Assembly (NCBI GenBank): GCA_018303505.1 | Contig: JAGVYA010000040.1 | Span: 6,809-70,808 of the forward strand | Source: Candidatus Woesearchaeota archaeon | Lineage (GTDB): Archaea; Nanobdellota; Nanobdellia; Woesearchaeales; GW2011-AR4 | DNA: 64,000 nucleotides | Reading direction: 5' to 3' | Part shown: positions 28,793 through 39,132 of the stretch, piece after piece | Position numbering within the stretch: position 1 is the stretch's first letter | Layout of the letters: each line of letters starts with the position of its first letter | Position numbers and translations under genes: made by a program | Notes under the pieces: model-generated | What the model saw: the letters and a program-made list of their open reading frames with translations, nothing else | Told to the model about the DNA's origin: nothing | Databases searched by the model: none

Positions 28793-30067
28793 TTATTTTA
28801 AAATACTCCAAGTATCTGTCCATTTCTCTGATTTTCCGGAGAGAATATCATATGCTACTTTTACACCACTAGATAACCAAAGCGCAGATGACATTGCCTT
28901 ATACGCTGTAATTTGATGATAGTGTCTTAAAGTTTTAAAAAACTCCTTTGGTGTCTCTTCTGGATTACCACCAAGGGGCATACTTATTAGGGGGGAAGCA
29001 AATGATAGTGCAGTATCCCCTATTAGGAAATATTCTACAAAATCAGGTGAGAAATAATATATAATGGGTAATGAAACGAATGTTGCAGTATACAGTGTAG
29101 ATTCAATAAAACCTGGGAGGATGGTCGAGTAAGCAAGAGCCTTGGCTTTAGAATGTGGTCCAAAAAGGTCTTTTTTATGTAGATAAAGATTTTGCCATGT
29201 ACCGGTATGCCACCTAAAAGATTGTTTAAGTTGAGATTCTAGGGTAGTTACATCTTCTGCACTTACAACAGCATCTTGAACAACTCCTACTTTGTAACCT
29301 TCTTCTTGTAGTCTCCACGTATATGCAGTATCTTCAGTTTTTGTGCCAATTGGGATCTCAATATTTTTTAGTATATCAGACCTGACCATAAATGAAGCTC
29401 CACAAACAACAAACATAGCACGCCTGTATTGTTGTGCAGTCTTCCTAAATTTTCCAAGTTTGTTTACCCATTCCTTTCCATAATGAAAGTATTTAGCCAA
29501 GTAATTGTCTGGCGGAGTAACAAATCCAAAAGATGTTACTGCTGCAACATTCTCATCTGTAAATCCAGAAACTAATTTTTCAAGTACATCAGGAGCTAGT
29601 TTTGTTGACGAATCCTTCAAATAAACATAATATCCTAAATCAACATTTGTATCTCTTACAAGACAATTAATTTTTTCTGCTTTGCCAATCACACCATCTT
29701 TTGACCAATAATATACATTAGGGAATTCTTTACTTAATTTATTGATTATTCTACTGGTGTTATCAATATTTGAATCAGAAATGTATATGTTTTTTATTGG
29801 ATATGTTTGTTTAAACACATCCAGTACTATTTTTTCTATAGTTTTTTCTTCTCCATGAGCACTAATTACAACTGTGACGTCTTTTTTTGGTTTCTTAGAT
29901 ATAAGGGCATCGATAGAATCGCTCTCATTATAAAGTCCAGATACATCCTCAAATTCATTTTTTCTAGAACCTCTTCTAAGCTTATTTTTGGTCCAGTAAT
30001 ACGCAAGAGTTCCAATGTCTATTGACATTGTAATTGGTATTACTAAATATGGCATCCCCACTCCCAT
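28793..30067 (-). CDS. Processive-type GT2 glycosyltransferase with TM helices
   Basis: GKAEKIN, DSS (DxD-like), VVCGA, TED, QSFRW (QxxRW). Confidence 0.88.
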   Translation of the reverse strand: MGVGMPYLVIPITMSIDIGTLAYYWTKNKLRRGSRKNEFEDVSGLYNESDSIDALISKKPKKDVTVVISAHGEEKTIEKIVLDVFKQTYPIKNIYISDSNIDNTSRIINKLSKEFPNVYYWSKDGVIGKAEKINCLVRDTNVDLGYYVYLKDSSTKLAPDVLEKLVSGFTDENVAAVTSFGFVTPPDNYLAKYFHYGKEWVNKLGKFRKTAQQYRRAMFVVCGASFMVRSDILKNIEIPIGTKTEDTAYTWRLQEEGYKVGVVQDAVVSAEDVTTLESQLKQSFRWHTGTWQNLYLHKKDLFGPHSKAKALAYSTILPGFIESTLYTATFVSLPIIYYFSPDFVEYFLIGDTALSFASPLISMPLGGNPEETPKEFFKTLRHYHQITAYKAMSSALWLSSGVKVAYDILSGKSEKWTDTWSILK

Positions 30068-30223
30068 TTTATTTTACCTCGCTAGTTCTTGTACATTAAC
30101 CAAACCTATGATAATTTATCCCAATACTTAAATTTTTCTATTAATAAGTAGTTACAAAAAAAGAGGATATAAAATACTCGTCTCATAAAATTATTACTTC
30201 ATGTTTTTGTGCATGAATTTACA

Positions 30224-31591
30224 TTAGATAGGCTTTTTACTACTAGTATTCTTATTGATCATTCTGAGGGCATCAAAAGGCGGTTTATTATACCTACTTG
30301 CATTTAAGTACATAACGCTCCTTTTTATTCTGTTTGAATACTCTTGATCTTTTGGTATTCCCAGCAGCTCCTTACCTTTTTTAACAAGATTGTCAAATTT
30401 TTTATTTGAAAAATACTTATATAACTCATTACAGATAACATGAAAAGCGACAGTATCTTCAAAAAGTATTGAATTATATGTTTTATCTTTTTCATTATTA
30501 AAGAGAGAATAATACAATAAATCTGCAATTAATTTGTAAGATTCTTCAATAGAAACATTGCCTTTGTGGATCTTCATAAGGCCTTTAGTAACATCGTCAT
30601 TGACTCTATTTAAGTCGTCGCTTTTGGCAAGGAATAAAGGAATTATATGGGCAATGTAATTTTTTCTTTCATTTAAAGCCCTAACCTCTCTTTTGGCAAT
30701 ATCAGTTATCATGAAATTTTCATCAACAGCAGCATCACCTCTAACGTAAACAGCATATGTCAAATCATAATTGGATAAATCTCTTCTGTCCTTGATAGAC
30801 TTTAGAGAAGCCAAGCTTAAAATTATGTTGTTATGTGGGTCAAAGATACCTTTACTACTATTATATCTGGGATTAAAATAAGGGTTTTTGGGGTCTTTGA
30901 CCATTCTTAATGTTTTTTCTAAAGAATTAATATTAATTTGCCCCAATCCAAAATCAGTTAATTGTGGATTGATGTCAATAGGAATCATCGAAGATTCAAG
31001 TATAAAAAATCTAGTTGCAAATTCAGGATCAATACTGTAATAATTGCTTTCCTTTTCGATAAGTGATTTTAAAGGTATTAACCTTGCTAAAGTAATGTTC
31101 TCCCAAGGAGTAAGTTCTCTTATCCGATAATCTTTAAACTGCACTATTTCTTCTAAAGTTAAAATTTTTCTATGTGACACTCTCTCTTTTGCATTTGCAA
31201 TTTGTAAAGTCTCGTCTTGATAATCAATTTCAATAATGTCTTTAGGTATTTGAATAGGTATAACTATCTCTGGTTTTTCCACAAGAGTTGGATTTTCTGG
31301 TTGCTTTTTTTGGTAAACATAATTGATTACTTTTACATATTCTTCCTTCATTTGCTTTGTCATCTCTGGAATTGTATAAGTAAGAACAGAAGGAGAAGCT
31401 ACTATTAAAATTCCTGTGAGAACTGCAACAGAAGATCCTAAATATCTTCTAATTCGATGTCCTTTTGGATTTTTATGGCTATTTAGAGTATCGTTTAGTC
31501 TAAATGCTGATGAATTGGATTTTTTATCATCTCTGTTAAAAAAATCTTTTGGATCCATATTCGCCGAATATAATTTATAATACCTTGCCAA
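30224..31591 (-). CDS. Membrane-anchored protein with SLT-type lytic transglycosylase domain
   Basis: One TM helix, then IDPEF...LESS (catalytic Glu), DFGLGQIN, IFDPHNNI, VYVRG. Confidence 0.72.
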   Translation of the reverse strand: MARYYKLYSANMDPKDFFNRDDKKSNSSAFRLNDTLNSHKNPKGHRIRRYLGSSVAVLTGILIVASPSVLTYTIPEMTKQMKEEYVKVINYVYQKKQPENPTLVEKPEIVIPIQIPKDIIEIDYQDETLQIANAKERVSHRKILTLEEIVQFKDYRIRELTPWENITLARLIPLKSLIEKESNYYSIDPEFATRFFILESSMIPIDINPQLTDFGLGQININSLEKTLRMVKDPKNPYFNPRYNSSKGIFDPHNNIILSLASLKSIKDRRDLSNYDLTYAVYVRGDAAVDENFMITDIAKREVRALNERKNYIAHIIPLFLAKSDDLNRVNDDVTKGLMKIHKGNVSIEESYKLIADLLYYSLFNNEKDKTYNSILFEDTVAFHVICNELYKYFSNKKFDNLVKKGKELLGIPKDQEYSNRIKRSVMYLNASRYNKPPFDALRMINKNTSSKKPI

Positions 31592-31604
31592 TAAAATACG
31601 TAAA

Positions 31605-34600
31605 CTAACTTACTATTACCCCGCACATCTCTACCGCATCGGTTGAGGTCCACGCCCATCCGCATGTTTCTAATATAATGGTGTCGGCCAAGAAGTTATC
31701 ATTAAACTTCTTTGTTAAAATACATGTGTTATCAGGTCCGGCATACACAAGCTTTTGTTCCGCAGTTGCATTGTTTTTTAACCACATCCTGTTCCAGCAT
31801 ATATCATAGTCCCCAAATATGGTAAAATTTTTAACCATTATTAATTTAGGGTAAGATAATGTTATATTAGCTTTTACGTTCCAATTAGTAGGGTTCCACG
31901 ATTTTTGGGTGCCACTCCAGATTGAGCACTCAATGTCCGCGTCAGGGGCACCAGTAGCATATATTGGCTCAGACCCGGTATTGCTTGATGTAGCATTTGC
32001 TGAAATAGCAAAATTACATAAATTAATAAATGTTTCAATAGTACATAGATTACTGCATCCATCCCCATTTACGAGGTTACCGTCATCACATTGCTCACCT
32101 GATTCAAGAATCGAGTTGCCACATTCTGGTAAGGGAGCACCTTTTACCACACGAATGTTCCTAACCCCTGAGGGATTAACATTAAACCTTATTGAGGAAC
32201 CATCTCTTTTAAAAGAAGTTACAACATTATCAATCTCAACTTTCTGCACGTTGCTTGAATTTACAAAAACTTTTATAGATATATTTTGGTTGAATAGCAG
32301 AGAACTTAAATTCCCAACTAAATTAAATGTAATTTCTGAATCTGTTTCTACCAAGTTTTGTATTTTTGCATTTTGTCTCTCTTTAATGTATTTCGCAACC
32401 TTACCAACAGGTGCAACCCACAAATCCTTAGTGGCAAGATAATCTATAGAGCCATTATCTTGGCATTCGTTGTGGAATACGAAGTTTACCCACTTATGCC
32501 GAGTTTCTGCATCATCTGCAGACATAAAATAGCTTGGTGGCTCTAGTGTCCTATCATGATAACCTGGCGTATTTAAACTTTTGATGTTCATAAAATCAGC
32601 AGGGTCTTTATCTTCCAACTGGTTGATATGATATCCGCGGGCTGAAACATAATATTCGCTTGTTATTGTTTTCATTTCTTCGTTATTGATGCCACAAGGC
32701 CATGCAAATGATGAAAGATCTTCTCGTGGCATTGGAATATTAGTTAAAATATCATTTATATTTGATCCCAGCTCTTGCCTTAATGTTGGCTCATTCATTA
32801 CCAAGCAGGAATGTGATTGTGTATGTCCTCCTATTTCATGTTTTTCAGCATATATGTCTCTCCAAAGATTCCATTTTGCTTCGTCAAAAGAACTAGTTTC
32901 AGAGAGGTAATAAGTTCCCTTGAATCCTTTTTGGTTTAGTTTATCTCTACAGGAAGAAAAACTATCGTCTATCGAAACAGATGCTGCTCCTCTATGGCAA
33001 TCCTGCCAGTCGCAAATCACTGCAATTGTAGGCACTATAGTCACGGGGTGCCTTAGATTATAAATTTCTGCAGGCTTTAAGAATTTAATTCTTGAATCAT
33101 TCTTGGCCATCAACAATGTTGTTGTGTATATGTTCCATTTTTGTTGATTTACTATTGGCTGAATTTCTGACATCATAAAATCCTGCTGATGGCTCATTAA
33201 AGAAACAACTTTGGTGCCATTTATGTAAAGCATGTCGCTGTCATTAAAAGCAATTATCTCTTCTATTACCTGCTCTGGTTGTTTAAAAGCCTCCCCAGGA
33301 CCAGGCTGTCCACTAATTGTAAGACTTACTGAGTATTGTATTACATCGTAATCGGGCAATGGATTAATGTGACCATATTCACTTACATATTGGTCAAAAT
33401 AAACCTTAAATCCAAGATCGTGGGTTGCATCCCTTATAGTCTCAGTAAACCTTCCAAGAAGTTGATTGTACGAAACAGGAGATGTTACATTAGAATAACC
33501 TATTTTTTCCAACTCGGTTATATATTTATTTTGCCATTCTTGAATTACCGATTTAACCTGAGAGTAAGACATCATGTCAAGTGGTGTTCCGTTGCTTGAA
33601 CTTTCACCTTTGAGTATAAGCTCAACATTTTTACTAGAGTACATATTTCCAATGATTTGATTGAATTCATTGTTGTCCATGGTGCCAGGATAAAAACTTA
33701 ACCCAATGGGTATGTTATTATCGTCATGCCATTGTCTTAACTGGTCGTAAAAGAAGAACCAGTCTGGATCAATACTGCCATCGATATCGCCAACATAGGG
33801 CACGAGGTATACCGACACATTTGAAGTTGTTGTATTTGTTGGTAATTCTTGACTATCTTGAACTGGCGTATACTCAAAACTGAAATACATGTCCTTACTA
33901 TCGTATTTTGTAGTTTTTGTAAAATTATTATTTGATATTAGCATATATGAATTAGCACCGTCATAAGAATAGTAATCAATTAATTTTCCATCTGAGAAAG
34001 TATCAGTACCTCCAAAAGTTTTCCAATTATTAACTAAATTTCCGCAACCTCGTGGACATTCCAGTATTAAATTGTAAAAAGTATTATTTGATATTATTAC
34101 ATTTCGATTTAATGTACAATTCCCAATTTCTGGTTTTGTTATATTTTTTAGTTGGCAGCTCCCTAAAACTTCATTTGATGTTGTATTCCTAATTTGTGCA
34201 TATAGAAATCCCTGTCCAGTTCCTTTCACAGGGCTATATTTTATAGATACTGCACTTATATTTAATTTTCCAATTAAACTCCTAAACCTCTGTCCCTGTC
34301 TATTGTAAATATCTATGAAATGCCCGCTAGTAAAAATTTCACCTTGTTCTGGTAAACCCTTCCATTCACTACTTACATTAATAGCAAACTTTAATCTTTC
34401 TGAACTCACTGAAGGTGCCTTAAAATTACCTCTAACACCTCTTTCTCTTCTAAATGATGTATCTTTTATACCACTTGGTGTATAGAACTCGTTATCTCCT
34501 GTTGTGTCCATAACTGCCACTCCTAAAGAGATGTATTTTGAACTGCTACAACTGTCACAGTACCAACAAAAATGGTAAACTGTTCCTTGGTTTATAGTTA

Positions 34601-34994
34601 TTAATGGCACACTTATATTTAGATCAGATACACCATAATTAATCGTTTTATTAATAAATGTTAACCATGTTCCGCTTGGATTTCCTCCATTATCTGCCAT
34701 AAACCCTATTGTAATTTTGGGAAAACCTTTCCTACCTTTTAAATTAAAAGAAATAGCTGTAACATCTCCAGTTTTTGTTGAGTTAAATCTTTGACACTCG
34801 TATTCCATATTAACATCTAATTTTGTATTGTACGATGATGATACTGATGAAAATTGCCCAAATGTGGCTCCCTTTACATAAGCAATATTAATAACTAAAA
34901 TTAAAATAAATATCAATAACAATTTTAATTTCTTATTCAATTTACCTCCAATTGTTTCCGCACATAATGGCAAACTCTTAATTTCTTGAATCAT
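31605..34994 (-). CDS. Large secreted protein with NodB-type polysaccharide deacetylase domain(s) and a Cys-rich repeat
   Basis: Signal/TM segment; SVSIDD, HEIGGHTQSH, FAWPCG; CGNSILESGEQCDDGN..GDGCS..C. Confidence 0.82.
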   Translation of the reverse strand: MIQEIKSLPLCAETIGGKLNKKLKLLLIFILILVINIAYVKGATFGQFSSVSSSYNTKLDVNMEYECQRFNSTKTGDVTAISFNLKGRKGFPKITIGFMADNGGNPSGTWLTFINKTINYGVSDLNISVPLITINQGTVYHFCWYCDSCSSSKYISLGVAVMDTTGDNEFYTPSGIKDTSFRRERGVRGNFKAPSVSSERLKFAINVSSEWKGLPEQGEIFTSGHFIDIYNRQGQRFRSLIGKLNISAVSIKYSPVKGTGQGFLYAQIRNTTSNEVLGSCQLKNITKPEIGNCTLNRNVIISNNTFYNLILECPRGCGNLVNNWKTFGGTDTFSDGKLIDYYSYDGANSYMLISNNNFTKTTKYDSKDMYFSFEYTPVQDSQELPTNTTTSNVSVYLVPYVGDIDGSIDPDWFFFYDQLRQWHDDNNIPIGLSFYPGTMDNNEFNQIIGNMYSSKNVELILKGESSSNGTPLDMMSYSQVKSVIQEWQNKYITELEKIGYSNVTSPVSYNQLLGRFTETIRDATHDLGFKVYFDQYVSEYGHINPLPDYDVIQYSVSLTISGQPGPGEAFKQPEQVIEEIIAFNDSDMLYINGTKVVSLMSHQQDFMMSEIQPIVNQQKWNIYTTTLLMAKNDSRIKFLKPAEIYNLRHPVTIVPTIAVICDWQDCHRGAASVSIDDSFSSCRDKLNQKGFKGTYYLSETSSFDEAKWNLWRDIYAEKHEIGGHTQSHSCLVMNEPTLRQELGSNINDILTNIPMPREDLSSFAWPCGINNEEMKTITSEYYVSARGYHINQLEDKDPADFMNIKSLNTPGYHDRTLEPPSYFMSADDAETRHKWVNFVFHNECQDNGSIDYLATKDLWVAPVGKVAKYIKERQNAKIQNLVETDSEITFNLVGNLSSLLFNQNISIKVFVNSSNVQKVEIDNVVTSFKRDGSSIRFNVNPSGVRNIRVVKGAPLPECGNSILESGEQCDDGNLVNGDGCSNLCTIETFINLCNFAISANATSSNTGSEPIYATGAPDADIECSIWSGTQKSWNPTNWNVKANITLSYPKLIMVKNFTIFGDYDICWNRMWLKNNATAEQKLVYAGPDNTCILTKKFNDNFLADTIILETCGWAWTSTDAVEMCGVIVS

Positions 34995-35011
34995 TTTATT
35001 TATTTGTATAT

Positions 35012-35109
35012 ATTATTTGTGTATATATTACCCATTATTCGTGTTTGTTATTAGCTATTTATTATTTGTGTATATATTACCCATTATTCGTGTTTGTTAT
35101 TAGCTATTT
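35012..35109. repeat. Exact 49-bp tandem duplication
   Basis: ATTATTTGTGTATATATTACCCATTATTCGTGTTTGTTATTAGCTATTT twice. Confidence 0.92.
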
Positions 35110-35112
35110 TGT

Positions 35113-36627
35113 TTAGTTACTAGCTAAGAATGCTTTAGCAACAAATTTCGCATCCTCTTTATTTAATAGTGGGTATATCGGTAAAGATAAGGCGTATTTA
35201 TGGGCTAAGTCTGTATTCATTATACTTTCGTTTAAACATAGTAATTGATGTAATGGTTTGTAAATCGGTTTTTTAGCTTCAACCCCAAACAATTTTAATT
35301 TATTCGCAACACGCTCTGGGTCATCTACTAAAACAATGTATCTATAAAATAAATTATTTTCATCAAATCTTCTGAGAAACATATTTTGATGGGCGGTATC
35401 TTGCAATACCTGTCTGTAAAATGCCGCTATTTCTCTTCGCTTTTTTATGAATTCAGGCAATCTTTTAAATTGTTGAATTCCCAAATAAGCATGCAAATCA
35501 TCCATCTGAAAGCTATGCCCTAAAATAAATTTATCACTTTCGTCTGTTGTCATAAGTTTTTTTGCTTTTTGGTAGGTATCTTCATTTTTTGTTACTAATG
35601 CTCCACCCCTCCCTGTTGTTAATAGTTTGGTGGCATAAAAAGACAAGATTGCCATCTCACCCATTGCACCTATTTTTCTACCATCATAGTCAGCACCAAA
35701 ACATTGTGCACAATCCTCTATTACTGGTGTACTGTATTGTCTTAATTGATCAAAGTCTTTTATTGGGATCCCAAACATATGCGCTGCAATTATTGCTTTT
35801 GTATTTTTTGAAATTTTTTCTTCTAAACCTTTTTTAGAAATATTAAAGTCGTCATGGTTTATATCAGCAAATATCGGCTTAGCACCTGTATGGATAACTG
35901 ATTGTAACACAGACATACACATATAAGGAGGAACAATTACCTCGTCCCCTTCTTTCACACCTAACGCCTTCAAACCTAAGAGTAATGCATTTGAACCGCT
36001 ATTTGTTAAAATAACCTTGCTTCCTAGATAATCTTCCAATGTCTGTTCAAAGGAAGTAACCATAGAGCCATCAGCAAGTCTTCCTCCTTTAAGTAAGTCT
36101 TCAATACCCTGCCTGTATTCTACGTCTAAAGTTGGTTTTGAATGTTTTATTGTTGAAGTCGCTGTTTTAAGCGCTTTAAAGAAATCGTACCTGTTAATTC
36201 TATCATCACCCATCGTATGCCCTACGATATGATAACCAGCTTCTGTATACATCTTGTTAGCGGTATTATTTGGAATTTGGGATTTGAAATGTATTCCGCT
36301 TAAACCTAAATCAGCACATTTCTTTTCAAATTCCGTCAACAGTTTCTTACCTATTCCCATTCCTCTATAATTTTTATCAACAACCACTTTTCCAAAATAA
36401 GCAACGCCTGGATTGCTTTCAAAACCTATAGAATAACCAACTATTTCATCTCTCCTCATTGCCAAAAAACTCAAGTCCCATTTATTATTAATTTCCCTTA
36501 AAAAATTTTCATCTGTCCAAGGTCTTTCACCTATACCTACCCAATTATGTTCTAAAGCTAATATTCCTTCAAGTTTTGAAATCATTGTTTCCCTGTTTAA
36601 TTGTAATATCTTAACTTCTTCTGTCAT
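35113..36627 (-). CDS. GNAT acetyltransferase fused to DegT/DnrJ/EryC1/StrS sugar aminotransferase
   Basis: YRGMGIGKKL acetyl-CoA motif; TNSGSNAL, IEDCAQ, SFYATK (PLP Lys), LSLPIYP. Confidence 0.9.
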   Translation of the reverse strand: MTEEVKILQLNRETMISKLEGILALEHNWVGIGERPWTDENFLREINNKWDLSFLAMRRDEIVGYSIGFESNPGVAYFGKVVVDKNYRGMGIGKKLLTEFEKKCADLGLSGIHFKSQIPNNTANKMYTEAGYHIVGHTMGDDRINRYDFFKALKTATSTIKHSKPTLDVEYRQGIEDLLKGGRLADGSMVTSFEQTLEDYLGSKVILTNSGSNALLLGLKALGVKEGDEVIVPPYMCMSVLQSVIHTGAKPIFADINHDDFNISKKGLEEKISKNTKAIIAAHMFGIPIKDFDQLRQYSTPVIEDCAQCFGADYDGRKIGAMGEMAILSFYATKLLTTGRGGALVTKNEDTYQKAKKLMTTDESDKFILGHSFQMDDLHAYLGIQQFKRLPEFIKKRREIAAFYRQVLQDTAHQNMFLRRFDENNLFYRYIVLVDDPERVANKLKLFGVEAKKPIYKPLHQLLCLNESIMNTDLAHKYALSLPIYPLLNKEDAKFVAKAFLASN

Positions 36628-36655
36628 TTTTTCCTCAAACGATTATTACACGTAT

Positions 36656-37423
36656 TTATTCTGGTTTTGGTAAAATAGTACCCATATTCAAAATAAAATC
36701 AATAGAACACATATAAGGTAAAAAATCCGGATGATGTAGTTGTTTATAAACAGGATGATTAAATTCTTGGAATTTAATGGAAATTCCTTTTTTTTCAAAG
36801 GGGTCAGGCACCAAATAGCTTTTTCCCCCATCACCGCTTAAATAAACAACATTGCTGATATTTTTTTCTATTGCAACTGCTTCGCACAATGAAGCTAGGT
36901 TTATAGACCCTTTGCACTCAGACTCCTTATCCATTTCAATATCATGTTTATTAATAAACTCGCTAGATGTAACTATTTCAGTTCCTAATTTAAAAACTTG
37001 TTTGATATAGTTAATAAAACGCATATTATAGTCTCTCAAAGATTCACATGGGTCTCTAAATAACTGCTCGAGTTCTGGATGAAATTCATTAAAATACTGT
37101 GCTTTATCATAGAACAAATGTATATCTCTAAGCATATCTTCATACCAGTACAATTTTCCTTTAACTTTTGTATCTAATTTTATGCGAACATCTTTTATAT
37201 CATCGAGGCTTTCATAAACTGGAATTGTAAGCCATTTTGAATTTGGAGTCCCATCATCGGTGACACCAGGTATCTTTATTCTGTTTCTGTGATGAAAATC
37301 CCTCTTTACAAACTGCACATCGTCTCTTATTAAGAAAACATCTGCTCTTGACATTTTATCAGTAAAACCAATGTAGGGCAAGAAATTTGGCTGATGTGCT
37401 GCAATAACCAACTTTTCAGTCAT
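36656..37423 (-). CDS. WbqC family protein
   Basis: AHQPNFLPY, DDVQF..RNRI, WLTIP, YLSG.GG..Y, HPVYKQ, SID. Confidence 0.92.
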   Translation of the reverse strand: MTEKLVIAAHQPNFLPYIGFTDKMSRADVFLIRDDVQFVKRDFHHRNRIKIPGVTDDGTPNSKWLTIPVYESLDDIKDVRIKLDTKVKGKLYWYEDMLRDIHLFYDKAQYFNEFHPELEQLFRDPCESLRDYNMRFINYIKQVFKLGTEIVTSSEFINKHDIEMDKESECKGSINLASLCEAVAIEKNISNVVYLSGDGGKSYLVPDPFEKKGISIKFQEFNHPVYKQLHHPDFLPYMCSIDFILNMGTILPKPE

Positions 37424-37429
37424 TTTTAA

Positions 37430-38056
37430 TCAGCCTCTGATATAGTGGTTTGAAATGAATGGCTCAGCATAACTTATAATGGAGTTGTCGCCATTTATTA
37501 GACTGCCAAAGAAAATAGCAGTAGCCCTGATATAATCTGGATGTATTTTCTGAGACTGACTTTTATGGGCACTAATCGCTTCGATTTTTTTTTCTAACAT
37601 TTCCCCATTTCCCATAACAAAAATATTTGGTAAGAATTCTTTTTTTGGAAATGAACCTCTATAAAGAAGAACTTGAGGTACCTTTTTGAAAGCTGCCATT
37701 GAAGCCTCTGCAACAGCAACATGGTCCTGATGAGTATCATGATCAGCATGAGTCATAACCAAATAAGGATTTACTTTTGAGGAGATATTTTTAAGGTCGT
37801 CTATAATTTGCACCATTTCAGGAAAACTAGTGTCTTTATATGATAAGAAAATCAAATCATCTATGCCTAAAATCTTTGCAGCATGTTCTGCCTCTTTTTG
37901 CCTTGTAGTTGGACTACCCCTACTTTCACCAGAAGAACAAACAACAGAAATAACTTTGTTACCTTTTTCTTTCTCACTCAGGATACTCATTCCTGCACCA
38001 ATTTCATAGTCATCTGGGTGAGCCCCAACAACTAAAACTGTTTTATCATCCTCCAT
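37430..38056 (-). CDS. PIG-L/LmbE family N-acetyl sugar deacetylase
   Basis: AHPDD.E, DTHQDH, HKSQ, AEPF. Confidence 0.92.
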   Translation of the reverse strand: MEDDKTVLVVGAHPDDYEIGAGMSILSEKEKGNKVISVVCSSGESRGSPTTRQKEAEHAAKILGIDDLIFLSYKDTSFPEMVQIIDDLKNISSKVNPYLVMTHADHDTHQDHVAVAEASMAAFKKVPQVLLYRGSFPKKEFLPNIFVMGNGEMLEKKIEAISAHKSQSQKIHPDYIRATAIFFGSLINGDNSIISYAEPFISNHYIRG

Positions 38057-38160
38057 TTTATCCTTTTTTAAAGGTTAAATTTGAGTTAAATATAGTCGAT
38101 CAAAAGGTTTAACGGCTTAATTTAATCCAAACAAATTATATTGTTCTTTCTTAGAGTGTT

Positions 38161-39036
38161 CTAAAAACCTTTCCAAATTCCTATAACGAATCTCACAAAA
38201 TCGCCTTTTGCACCCTCTGGAGAATCTCTATTACCCGCTTCAATTCTGCTGTAAAAAGGTATACCTCCAATGTTTAATGTTGCTTCTGCACCTCCTGCAT
38301 ATTCGCTATATCGATTCCAAGGTCGATTATTGGAATCAGTAGAAATCTTTGCTCTAACAGATGGAGCGTCCAAGGCAAATGAGGCATATTCGTTGTCAAA
38401 TTTAATTAATCTCAAACCAACTTGGCCTTCTAATTTCGCTAACACACTTTTTTCTAAACTATGATGGCTAACTTCACCATTTCCTTGCACAACCGGAGTT
38501 AATGGAAAAGTTTTTGATTTTGTTAAGTCTGGACCAAAAAATCTGTGCCAAAACTCTGCATAAGCTCTGTAGAAATTGCCACTAGCTTCATCATTATATT
38601 TATTTTCTCTGTAGCCTGCTTCTAAGCCAGCAGCGAGTATACCTTTGTATCTTGCTTGAATTCCAATCGCTGCTTCAGTATAATTATTCCAGGGATGCTC
38701 TCTTCCTTTTCCATCATCTTTTATTTTTCCTCTTATTAAAGGGGCAATTATTGAATAATCATCTTTTTGTAAGAGGGTATAACCCGAAGAAGCTGCCAAT
38801 TCGCTTGTTGTTTCATCAATACCTCCTGTAAGCACTTCATGCTGCGCATTTACATGGCCTGTTAGTCTGTTTGTTAAATCCAAAGCTTGTGCTTTAGTTG
38901 GACTTGTCACACAAAATGTTGTTGCCAACGCTAATCCAGTAACACCCCCCCCTATTTTCTTTAACACATTTCGTATATAATTTTGTCTAGTATGTATATC
39001 ATTTATACCAACACCCACATGTGTTTTATTGTTCAT
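38161..39036 (-). CDS. Secreted beta-strand-rich protein resembling an outer-membrane beta-barrel
   Basis: AxA signal peptide, amphipathic strands, internal two-fold repeat (PWNNY/PWNRY), ends VIGIWKGF. Confidence 0.55.
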   Translation of the reverse strand: MNNKTHVGVGINDIHTRQNYIRNVLKKIGGGVTGLALATTFCVTSPTKAQALDLTNRLTGHVNAQHEVLTGGIDETTSELAASSGYTLLQKDDYSIIAPLIRGKIKDDGKGREHPWNNYTEAAIGIQARYKGILAAGLEAGYRENKYNDEASGNFYRAYAEFWHRFFGPDLTKSKTFPLTPVVQGNGEVSHHSLEKSVLAKLEGQVGLRLIKFDNEYASFALDAPSVRAKISTDSNNRPWNRYSEYAGGAEATLNIGGIPFYSRIEAGNRDSPEGAKGDFVRFVIGIWKGF

Positions 39037-39132
39037 ATTTAACCCCCCGTTCTTTAGTTTATTACTTTAAAATGATAAAGGAATTATCATTATATTTAAA
39101 AAATTATCGTTTTTTTTAGGCTTGCGTGGATA

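Noticed and set aside
35012-35109. Possible CRISPR array (also considered at 11711-11762)
   Set aside because: Only two abutting copies, no spacers, no cas genes.
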